DNA of 53,830 bases from contig CAZQLD010000007.1 of assembly GCA_964594115.1 (NCBI GenBank), forward strand, positions 1 through 53,830, read 5' to 3'. This DNA is from Candidatus Woesearchaeota archaeon. GTDB taxonomy: Archaea > Nanobdellota > Nanobdellia > Pacearchaeales > GW2011-AR1. Positions 27,836-35,969 of the stretch are shown here, in pieces. Both the position numbers and the translations under genes were made by a program. Within the stretch, counting starts at the first letter, position 1, and every line of letters starts with the position of its first letter. A model generated the notes under the pieces. That model saw only the letters and a list, made by a program, of their open reading frames with translations. It did not search any database and had not been told where the DNA came from.

Positions 27836-28519
27836 ATGAGAAAACCATCCTTGCATATTGAAATAGAAAATTTAATAAGAAAAAGGCATGAAATTCTTTT
27901 AAGAGAGCATATAAAACTTAAAAAAAAGAAAATTTACAAGATTGATAACTATAAGTTAGTTGTTTATCCTGATGTTTTCCCCCCTTTTGATGACTCTTTA
28001 TTTTTTTACAGATTCCTTAAAAATTTAAAAAATCCTGGCAGTGTATTAGATATGGGAACAGGGTCTGGCGTTCTTTCTTTGGCTGTAAATAAAACAGCTA
28101 AGGAAATCATAGCTGTGGATATTAATAAAGAGGCGATAAAGTCGCTTAAAGAAACAATAAAAGCCAATAAATTAGAAAAGATAAAAGCAAAATTTAGCAA
28201 CATATTTTCTAATATAAACAAAAAATTTGATACAATCACTTTTAATCCTCCATTTATGTATTTTAAACCAAAAAACAACCTAGAAAAAGCAATTTGCAAT
28301 CAAAACTATAAAGATTTAGAGAGATTTTTCAAACAAGTAAGAAAGTATCTAAAGAAAAAAGGCAAAATTTATATGATTTTTTCAGACATTGGGGATATAA
28401 ATTATTTAAAAAGATTGATTGAAAAAAATAAATTTAAATATAAAATTCTAAAAGAGAAAAAAGCCATCCCTTTAGTAGGAAATGAAAGGTTTTATTACTA
28501 TATTTTTGAGATAAAATGA
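27836..28519 (+). CDS. HemK/PrmC-family SAM-dependent methyltransferase
   Basis: VFPPFDDS, LDMGTGSG and FNPPF. Confidence 0.88.
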   Translation: MRKPSLHIEIENLIRKRHEILLREHIKLKKKKIYKIDNYKLVVYPDVFPPFDDSLFFYRFLKNLKNPGSVLDMGTGSGVLSLAVNKTAKEIIAVDINKEAIKSLKETIKANKLEKIKAKFSNIFSNINKKFDTITFNPPFMYFKPKNNLEKAICNQNYKDLERFFKQVRKYLKKKGKIYMIFSDIGDINYLKRLIEKNKFKYKILKEKKAIPLVGNERFYYYIFEIK

Positions 28520-29406
28520 AAAGAAAACTTGTAAAGCAAGGAGCAGCAACAATGATGATTAGCCTGCCCAGCAAATGGATTAAGGCTAATGAGCTTAATA
28601 AGGGAGATGAAATAGAGATAGATGAAAAGCAAAATTCTATTATTATTGGTTTAGGAGGGAAAAAATCTAAAAGACAGACAGAGATGACTCTTGCTTCATC
28701 AACAGAATCTTCAGTAAGAACTATTTTAACTAATGCCTATAGACTTGGTTATGATAAAATAAATCTAAATTTTCAAGATAAAAAAGCATTAAAAATAATA
28801 CAAAATACAGTAAATCATAATTTAATAGGTTTTGAAATAATTAAAAAAACAAATAAAAACTGTGAAATAGAGAATATAACAGAACCTTCTAAAGAGCAAT
28901 TTGATAATATTTTTTCTAAAATATTTCTTAATATAGATGAGTTATTTATAATAGCAGAAAACATGCTGCATGGTAGGAAAAAAGAATTTGAAGAAATAGA
29001 GCAAAAAATACAGCAGTATGATAATTTTTGCAGAAGAGTCATAGCTAAAAATGAGCTTTATGGAATATATCAGCTAAAATGGGCTTTTCATGCTGAACTT
29101 ATACATGCACAAAGAGAGCTTTATTTGTTATTAAAATACTTAGAAAAAAATAAAACAAAAGCAGATAAACTTGTTTTCCAGTTATTAGAAGATTGTAAGA
29201 AAGTATTCAAGATATTGAAACAAGCATATAAAGAGAAAAGCATTGAAAAATTAGAGAAAATTCATGATTTGGAAAAAGAAATGATTTATAAAAAAGGTTA
29301 TTCTTCATTAAAAAAATCAGTGGGCAGGATAGAGGCTCATCATATCCTTGCTGCTATCAGAAACTTCTACCTTGCTTCCTCTCCTTTGATTGGGACTTTT
29401 ATCTAA
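28516..29406 (+). CDS. AbrB-domain/PhoU-like regulator (archaeal phosphate uptake regulator family), copy 1
   Basis: N-terminal RKLVKQGAATMMISLPSKW...GDEIEI swapped hairpin, AYRLGYD, and helical PhoU-like repeats. Confidence 0.85.
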   Translation: MKRKLVKQGAATMMISLPSKWIKANELNKGDEIEIDEKQNSIIIGLGGKKSKRQTEMTLASSTESSVRTILTNAYRLGYDKINLNFQDKKALKIIQNTVNHNLIGFEIIKKTNKNCEIENITEPSKEQFDNIFSKIFLNIDELFIIAENMLHGRKKEFEEIEQKIQQYDNFCRRVIAKNELYGIYQLKWAFHAELIHAQRELYLLLKYLEKNKTKADKLVFQLLEDCKKVFKILKQAYKEKSIEKLEKIHDLEKEMIYKKGYSSLKKSVGRIEAHHILAAIRNFYLASSPLIGTFI

Positions 29407-31239
29407 GTTTTCATTTCCTTGAACTTCCCAGCCAGTACCCCAGTTATTTTTTTTAGGTATTTTATTAAAATCAACATTTCCTTCTTCATCAGTTATCATG
29501 TATAAAGCTAAAGCTGTGTTGATTAATTTCTGTTGATGATAAGGCAAGTAACTTCCATAGCCTGATTCTTTATATCCTCCTGCCCTTTCAACAATTTTCC
29601 ACTTTGGAAAATAATTTATACTTCCTGTTTTTACTTTTGCTGTATTTATTTCTTCAAGGGAAGAAAAATAATTTGTAAAAACATCTGCAATAGTCCCTTG
29701 AGGAACAAAACACTGTTTTAGATACGTTACACCATGAACTACTTTAGCAGTATTATGTGCTATATCTGAATCAGAATTTTCATTTCTTAAAAGGAAGTAT
29801 TTTGGAACAAAACTTGGAAAAAGTCTTTCTTCTTTATCTGCCTTATATGTTTTTATAAGCTCTTTGTTCAGATAGCAAGCTCTTAACCAAGATGAAATAA
29901 GTCTTTTAGGCATTAAATGAATATCTCTTGAAAATCTGGTAAGCTCTTTTATATCTAGCTCTCTTTTTCCAAATTTAACTTCTGGAAGATTTTCTTTTGC
30001 TTTTTCCATATAAGGGACCAGTATTTCAAAAGCAAGATCCTTATTAGAGCTGTCAAGATTATCTAAACTAAAATTTCTATAATCTTCTCTCATTAGAATG
30101 TCCCTTAATCTTGGTCTTGTTTCGCTATTCCTAGCAGTGATTATTCCTCCAGTTACAGCTCCAGCCAGTACTGCTCCTGTGCAAATAGGAACTGAGTATT
30201 TTAGAAATTTAGCAAAAGCTTCTTTTAGTTTTCCAGCTAAACCAGAATTTATTTTTTCAATGTATCTTTTAACATCATACATGTTTCTGATTTCTTTTTT
30301 AGGGTTAATTGTTAAACATCTATAAATTAATTTTTTCCATTCTTTAGGAACTTTATTAAGAGCTTTTTTTAAATTTTTTTCATGTATTTCTTCTGTAATT
30401 TCTTCTAAAAATTTTTCTCCTTCATTTAACTGAACTCTATATAATTTTCCATTAATTCTAATTGACTTTCCAGCAATATCAGAGCAAATCTTGTATTGAA
30501 GGGGGGTTTTTCCTGTTAATGAATATAAGAAGGTTCCGCCAAGAGCATAAACTTCTGTTCTACAGGTTGCCTTAGATGGATGTCCTGAAACTAGGGCATT
30601 AAGCAAGCTAGGATGTGTATATGGTGTTCCTCCTCTTGTAGGCATGATATTTTCATGAATCTCGGTTCTTCTAGCTGCATTTTGTAAGTCAGAGATTTTA
30701 ACATTTCCTGACCTTGTTATAATTATATTTGAAGGTTTAATATCTCTATGCAAAATAAATTGTTCATCATTAAGATACTGTAATGCTCTTACAACTTGTC
30801 CGAATATTTTAATGACTCTCTTTTTATCTTTGAGAGGGCCTGTTGTTTGAATATGAGCTTCTAAGTCTGTTCCTTCATAATAAGCTTCTGCATTTACTGT
30901 CTTTCCGTCTAATCTAAAATTATCAACAACTTCTACAATATTTGGATGCTGTATTTCATTAGAAACATTTACTTCTGCTATATCTCCATCTCTCTTACTT
31001 TTATTTATTAAAGTGCATATTGAATCTGGGTCAATTTCTGTTTTTGGAATTTTTAATACCCTTAGCTTACTAACTTCTCCTGCAGAGTATCTTGCAAGAT
31101 AAGCTTCTCTTGTTTGCCCTTCTCCTAATTTATGCAGGATTTCATAGCCTCTTTCTTTTAATATTCTTGTTTCTTCTTCTGTTAAGCCATTTTCCTGTTC
31201 AATAAGAGTTTCTGCTTTTAATGTATCTGCAAGAATCAT
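29317..31239 (-). CDS. Membrane-anchored Ser/Thr protein kinase 1 with C-terminal ectodomain
   Basis: LGEGQT, VLK, HPNIV, HRDIKPSN, DLQ in place of DFG, GGTPY; TM at about aa 349-369. Confidence 0.9.
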   Translation of the reverse strand: MILADTLKAETLIEQENGLTEEETRILKERGYEILHKLGEGQTREAYLARYSAGEVSKLRVLKIPKTEIDPDSICTLINKSKRDGDIAEVNVSNEIQHPNIVEVVDNFRLDGKTVNAEAYYEGTDLEAHIQTTGPLKDKKRVIKIFGQVVRALQYLNDEQFILHRDIKPSNIIITRSGNVKISDLQNAARRTEIHENIMPTRGGTPYTHPSLLNALVSGHPSKATCRTEVYALGGTFLYSLTGKTPLQYKICSDIAGKSIRINGKLYRVQLNEGEKFLEEITEEIHEKNLKKALNKVPKEWKKLIYRCLTINPKKEIRNMYDVKRYIEKINSGLAGKLKEAFAKFLKYSVPICTGAVLAGAVTGGIITARNSETRPRLRDILMREDYRNFSLDNLDSSNKDLAFEILVPYMEKAKENLPEVKFGKRELDIKELTRFSRDIHLMPKRLISSWLRACYLNKELIKTYKADKEERLFPSFVPKYFLLRNENSDSDIAHNTAKVVHGVTYLKQCFVPQGTIADVFTNYFSSLEEINTAKVKTGSINYFPKWKIVERAGGYKESGYGSYLPYHQQKLINTALALYMITDEEGNVDFNKIPKKNNWGTGWEVQGNENLDKSPNQRRGSKVEVSDSSKDMMSLYPAH

Positions 31240-31403
31240 TTTTCTTCCTCCAATATATCTATTGTAAGTTTAGTTATAGTGCCTGGGCTCAATTGTTTTT
31301 CTAGAATTCTTGGTATGACTATAATTGCCTGGCTACCATGTTTAGCAATTTTCTTTGTTATGATGAACTGCTTTTTATTCTGTTTTACTTTTTCCTTAGT
31401 CAT
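31236..31403 (-). CDS. Small AbrB/SpoVT-type (DUF2080-like) DNA-binding protein
   Basis: IITKKIAKHGSQAIIVIPR...TKLTIDILEE; ATGA overlap with the kinase. Start is 31403 or 31421. Confidence 0.8.
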   Translation of the reverse strand: MTKEKVKQNKKQFIITKKIAKHGSQAIIVIPRILEKQLSPGTITKLTIDILEEEK

Positions 31404-31414
31404 CTTACTGTAGC

Positions 31415-31433
31415 TATACATAAGGTATGTATA
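31415..31433. promoter_or_regulatory. Perfect 8-bp inverted repeat TATACATA-agg-TATGTATA (operator)
   Basis: Directly read; lies between the TATA and the start of the AbrB-kinase unit. Confidence 0.6.
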
Positions 31434-31460
31434 AACTATACAGTAACAACATAAATCACT

Positions 31461-31502
31461 CTTTATAAACCTTTCTATTTGTAATTACTATAAAGTGATA
31501 GT
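31461..31502 (-). promoter_or_regulatory. Conserved extended promoter (upstream element, BRE, TATA), copy 1
   Basis: 38/42 identical to 43301-43342; coding strand reads TATCACTTTATAGTAATTAC-AAATAGAAAGG-TTTATAAA. Confidence 0.8.
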
Positions 31503-31534
31503 GGATAAGAATTATGCCTCTTTTTTGCCAGGTA

Positions 31535-31948
31535 TTATTCCAAAGCTTTTTCTAAGAAACTTCTTGCTTCTGGTGAGAGTTCTTTTAAAATAGCATCCTT
31601 AACTTCTGGATTTATTTTTTTTAATCTATCCCTTGTATATGTTATTTCAGGAGATTGCATCACCTTTCCCCATGGATCTTTGTTTTTTCTTACATTTTTA
31701 ATCCAGATATAAAGACTAATTGGATAATGCTCTTCTATTTTATCTCTATGCAGGTGCATTTTTCCAATATTTTGATCTCTAAAATATATTGTCATATATC
31801 TTATAGTCATTGGAGGTTCTAATCCACTAGAAGGATTCCAACCATAAAAACATGTTTTCTCATAATCTATTGACTCTATTTCTGAGTTTCCTCTTATAGG
31901 ATAATCTTCTTTAATTGTAGCATTTCTTTGAACTTCAATTTCTGGCAT
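31535..31948 (-). CDS. Hypothetical protein (last gene of operon C)
   Basis: 137-aa ORF directly after the vWA gene. Confidence 0.65.
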   Translation of the reverse strand: MPEIEVQRNATIKEDYPIRGNSEIESIDYEKTCFYGWNPSSGLEPPMTIRYMTIYFRDQNIGKMHLHRDKIEEHYPISLYIWIKNVRKNKDPWGKVMQSPEITYTRDRLKKINPEVKDAILKELSPEARSFLEKALE

Positions 31949-31968
31949 TTTTATCTTCTTCTTTCATT

Positions 31969-33501
31969 TTACTTTATTGACTTTCTAAGCTCCCCCATTG
32001 TAATATCTCTTATATGGCTTGCTGACCATAAAGGCAAAATTCCTACGTTTTCTTTTGATATTAAAGATGCTGGGATATCGGAATATCCGTGTGGATTTGT
32101 ATAAAATAAATGAACTCTATGGAGATTTGGTATCTTAGAAACATAATTATGAAATTCTTCTAAATTGTTAATTACCATATCAGAGATTACACTTATATCC
32201 ATATACTCTTCATTTCTAATTATTTTTTCTATAATTGAAGGATTAAAAGTTGTTCCTCCATTTTGATATGTTCTTATTTTTTGATGGATTTTTTCTTTAT
32301 TTCTAGAAGGTTTTAGAACAATGTCTGAAGCTGAAAAATTGTAAACAGCAACACTAGAATTATTATCAATATAAGCATTAGCAATAACAGTTCCTCCTAA
32401 AACCGAGGCTGAGATATTCTCATCTGGATTTATCATACTTTCTGAAGAATCTATAACAATCAAACTATTTGGAGTCCCAAAATTTTCTTCCATAACTTCT
32501 CCTTGTTTCTTAACCCATTTTTGAGTTACTCCTGGTAAAATTCCTGGACTTGAAAAACAATCTAAATCATCTATAGTATCTCCCATACTAAATTCTTTAT
32601 GAGAATAAGGGTATAATCCTCCATTTTTTCTCATTTTCCTTTGTCTTATTGGTATAGAATAATTCTCAGCTAAAGCAGAGTAAAAATTTCCTGCAATAAT
32701 CAAATTTCCTTTTTCTGTTCCTGCCCCCAAAACTTCTTTTACTGTTTTTTCAAATTTTCCTGGTTGAGACTCTCTTGCAAATTGTTTAACTCCTTCTCTT
32801 ATCTGGTTTTCAGAAAAAATTGATGCTAGATTAGGATCTGCCCCTTCTCTGATTCCCCCTTCTCCATTTCCTCCTTCCTCTTGCCCTTCTAAATCCTCTA
32901 AATATTCCCTTGTATTTTTAATAAACTTTCTTAAATTTTGCTCTTGTTTTTCTTTATTTAAGTAATTTAGTTTAGATAATTTTCGTATTAAACATTTTTC
33001 TTTGAAATTTAATTTTATTTCCAAATCCTGATTCCATAATTTCTGATAAATTCCAAAAGCAAGTTTCTCTAGACCCTCTACTTCTTTACTTGTAGCCCTT
33101 AAACTAGGAATAAGTGTGTTATATCCCCTATTTGCAAGAAGATTAAGATTATTTTGAATATTAGTAAAAGTTCCTCTTGCTACCTGGGCTTGCTGTTTAT
33201 TTAAACTTTCCCTTGCAACTTTATGTAATTTAAGTAAATTTAGGATACTCCCAGGATAATCTGCAAAATGCCCTACTTCATGACCTAGCATGGCATTTAA
33301 AATAACCTTCTCCTCACAACCTTCTTGTGCAAGTTTTTTAACATAATCTGGATTAATGTCAATTTGTAAATTATTAAAGCTAAATCTTCCATTTGCAATT
33401 TCTTTTGTTAGTCTTGGAGGGGGTAGTTGGGGATAATAAAAGTCCTCTCTAATTTTCCCCCATTCTTTTTTCATTATTTCGTGCAATTTTCCACTTTCCA
33501 T
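31969..33501 (-). CDS. HExxH metallopeptidase-like plus vWA domain protein
   Basis: LGHEVGH, acidic Gly linker, MIDAS IDSSES...GGTT...VISD. Confidence 0.85.
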   Translation of the reverse strand: MESGKLHEIMKKEWGKIREDFYYPQLPPPRLTKEIANGRFSFNNLQIDINPDYVKKLAQEGCEEKVILNAMLGHEVGHFADYPGSILNLLKLHKVARESLNKQQAQVARGTFTNIQNNLNLLANRGYNTLIPSLRATSKEVEGLEKLAFGIYQKLWNQDLEIKLNFKEKCLIRKLSKLNYLNKEKQEQNLRKFIKNTREYLEDLEGQEEGGNGEGGIREGADPNLASIFSENQIREGVKQFARESQPGKFEKTVKEVLGAGTEKGNLIIAGNFYSALAENYSIPIRQRKMRKNGGLYPYSHKEFSMGDTIDDLDCFSSPGILPGVTQKWVKKQGEVMEENFGTPNSLIVIDSSESMINPDENISASVLGGTVIANAYIDNNSSVAVYNFSASDIVLKPSRNKEKIHQKIRTYQNGGTTFNPSIIEKIIRNEEYMDISVISDMVINNLEEFHNYVSKIPNLHRVHLFYTNPHGYSDIPASLISKENVGILPLWSASHIRDITMGELRKSIK

Positions 33502-33502
33502 T

Positions 33503-34537
33503 TTAAGCAGTTATTTTTTCTAAAATCCCTCCAATATATTTTTTAGAATTTCCAAGAAGTTTTGCAAGAGCAAAGAGGTTGTCTCGAGCATTAGAACCTT
33601 TTAAAGATTCTACATAACTAATTGCATTATCTCTATACTTTTCTATTAAATCCGCTGTGGCATTCATTGCTCCAGATTCTACTAATAATTCTGTAAGTCT
33701 AGAAAAATCTCCTTCACCTATCGCACTTCTTACTTTTTCTCCACAACCATTATTAAAAGCATAAACTATAGGATAAGTTAAAATCCCTTTTCTAATATCT
33801 TCATAAGAATTTCTTGATAAGCTTTGTGACCTGCTTCCAATAACTTCTTGAGGAATTAAATCCATTAAGTCATTTCTTATCTGGCATGCAATGCCATAAT
33901 TTCTGCCAAAATTTTTAAGAGCATCTTTGTCACTTTCTGAAGATTTTCCGAATATAGAACAAATTTCAGAAATTTTTTCAGCAGCTACGCCAGCAATAAA
34001 ATAACATCTTTCTAAATAAGAATTCTCACTAAAATCTCCTGTATTTTCATTTTCATCCTGGCCCAAATAAATAGTTTTTAATGTTTCATTCCATAGCCTA
34101 CATACGTCTTCTTTATCTTTTCCTTCTAACTCTGAATTTAATAATATTTCATTAGAAAGTGTATATTGGATAAGGCCTGCAATAATAGCTTTATTTAACC
34201 CATATTTTCTTACAGTACTTGAATCTCCTTCTCTTACTTCTTGATTATCTAAGATATCGTCAATAACATAACAAGAACTTGTTCCTAACTCAAAAGCACT
34301 AAGAACAGGAACTATCTCTTCCCAATTTTTCCCACCTACTGCTTCAAATGCTAGTCTTCCTAAAGTTGGTAAAAGCTTAGGTTTTCCTCTTTTCATTCCG
34401 CACCTTAATGTTGGGAGATGCTTAACAACTTCTCCAAAACCCTGAACATACTCTAAAGTATAAGAATCTACTTTTCTTGCTGTTTCTTTCATATAAGCAA
34501 AAATATCTACTTTTTTCTCAAGGTTTTTTTGTGCCAT
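33503..34537 (-). CDS. Polyprenyl diphosphate synthase family protein (non-canonical motifs)
   Basis: FARM YVIDDILD, GQDE, and second motif QIRNDLMD; GILTYPI. Confidence 0.85.
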   Translation of the reverse strand: MAQKNLEKKVDIFAYMKETARKVDSYTLEYVQGFGEVVKHLPTLRCGMKRGKPKLLPTLGRLAFEAVGGKNWEEIVPVLSAFELGTSSCYVIDDILDNQEVREGDSSTVRKYGLNKAIIAGLIQYTLSNEILLNSELEGKDKEDVCRLWNETLKTIYLGQDENENTGDFSENSYLERCYFIAGVAAEKISEICSIFGKSSESDKDALKNFGRNYGIACQIRNDLMDLIPQEVIGSRSQSLSRNSYEDIRKGILTYPIVYAFNNGCGEKVRSAIGEGDFSRLTELLVESGAMNATADLIEKYRDNAISYVESLKGSNARDNLFALAKLLGNSKKYIGGILEKITA

Positions 34538-35561
34538 TTTTCAAAAAATCTAAATTTTTACATGCAGGGTCTTCTGCTAGAAAATTTCCTGAACGATAAT
34601 AAGCTCTAGATCTACATCCCCCACAATTTTCTTTAACTTGACAGGATCCACAATATCCTTCTAAATTGCTTCTATCTCTAAGCTGGTGTAAAACAGAAGA
34701 ATTTGCAATAATATCTTTAAATCTTTCTTCTCTGACATTTCCCACTTTTAAATCTGGCAAAAAAGTACAAGGAGTAACATCTCCATTTGGTTGTATAGCA
34801 TACATGTCAAATCCTGCCTGACATCCAATAATAATTTCTTTTTTATTTTTCTTACTTAGGCCTTTAGAATTATTTTGTGAGCTTCTATAAAGGGAATATT
34901 TTGCATCAAAGCACCATACTCTTGGGTTGGTATTAGAATTTTCGTAAGCAACTTGAAATATCTCTGTTCTTTGTTCATGAGTAAGATCTTCATGGGGCAT
35001 ACTCTTAGCTCTCCCAATAAGCCTAAAATCAATTAATTCTATTTCATTAACTTTCAGGCTTTTACCAAATTTAATTAGATCTTCTAATTCACCAAAGTTT
35101 CTTTGTGAGAGAGGTATGCTTAACTCAGCTTTTATTTTCTTTTTTCTGAGATTTTTTATTCCTTCTACTACTTTTTCAAAACTTCCTTTTCTCCCCCGAA
35201 CTTTGTCATGTAACTCTGACTTTGTACTATAAAGGCTCACATTAACAATTCCCACTCCTAAATCAGATAATTTTTCAACATTTTCCTCATTAAGAAGAAA
35301 TCCATTTGTTCCCACACAAATAGGTATCTTTTGAGTAGCGTATTTTAAGACCTCCCAGAAATCATCTGCCATCATTGGCTCTCCTCCACTAATTCCAACC
35401 ATTCTTGGTTCAACTTCTTCTAATTGATCTACTAAAACTATTTTCTCATAAGTAGTTAACTCATCTTCTTGTTTAGAGCCAGCATCCTGAGAACAATAAT
35501 CACAATGTAGATTACATTCATTAGTAAAATGCCATACAAGAAAAGGAAATTTGCTTTCCAT
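34518..35561 (-). CDS. Radical SAM/SPASM protein (NirJ/AhbCD/PqqE-like clade)
   Basis: CNLHCDYC, SGGEP, GCQAG...NGDVTPC, and CGSCQVKENCGGCRSRAY. Confidence 0.92.
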   Translation of the reverse strand: MESKFPFLVWHFTNECNLHCDYCSQDAGSKQEDELTTYEKIVLVDQLEEVEPRMVGISGGEPMMADDFWEVLKYATQKIPICVGTNGFLLNEENVEKLSDLGVGIVNVSLYSTKSELHDKVRGRKGSFEKVVEGIKNLRKKKIKAELSIPLSQRNFGELEDLIKFGKSLKVNEIELIDFRLIGRAKSMPHEDLTHEQRTEIFQVAYENSNTNPRVWCFDAKYSLYRSSQNNSKGLSKKNKKEIIIGCQAGFDMYAIQPNGDVTPCTFLPDLKVGNVREERFKDIIANSSVLHQLRDRSNLEGYCGSCQVKENCGGCRSRAYYRSGNFLAEDPACKNLDFLKNGTKKP

Positions 35562-35563
35562 TT

Positions 35564-35968
35564 TTAGAACCCCCTATCTACCTTCACTTCAGATACTACT
35601 TTTTCTAAATCTTTTTTCTTTGCTTTAATATCTTTCTCTCTTCTTTCCCTTGAACCAAATTCATTCTTATAATGAAAGCCTCTTCCATCAGCTGTTTTTC
35701 CATCAATATTAATTGTGTAATAAGTAGAACCCCCACTACAACCAGAAGTTTCATATGACCCTAATTGAATTACTGATTTATTTTTTTCTATAGCATTGCT
35801 ATGCTCAGTAAAATAATCAGGAAGTTTAACAGATTTCCTTGATGTATCAGCTTTTTTTGATTTATTTTGCTTCTTAATTTTTCTTGATATTTCTTCATCT
35901 AGCTCAGCACCAGAATTATAAGTTAACTCAGCTAACTTCAATAAGTTTGAATTAATTTCTTTTGCCAT
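35564..35968 (-). CDS. Hypothetical protein with Ser/Gly/Cys/Tyr-rich core
   Basis: 134 aa, coupled to both neighbours; GSYETSGCSGGSTYY segment. Confidence 0.7.
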   Translation of the reverse strand: MAKEINSNLLKLAELTYNSGAELDEEISRKIKKQNKSKKADTSRKSVKLPDYFTEHSNAIEKNKSVIQLGSYETSGCSGGSTYYTINIDGKTADGRGFHYKNEFGSRERREKDIKAKKKDLEKVVSEVKVDRGF

Positions 35969-35969
35969 T

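Noticed and set aside
31512-31530. SD-like AAAAAAGAGG on the minus strand with no start codon
   Set aside because: It is followed by ATA and no ORF; this may be chance or a relic.
31935-31967. Mini-ORF MKEEDKNARN, or a frameshifted start of 31535-31948
   Set aside because: It could be a homopolymer indel, but an in-frame ATG at 31948 explains the gene; the sequence alone cannot decide.
33503-35561. Calling the rSAM a tetraether synthase (Tes), GDGT ring synthase or heme synthase
   Set aside because: The domain layout is a plain rSAM-SPASM and none of the pathway partners are nearby.
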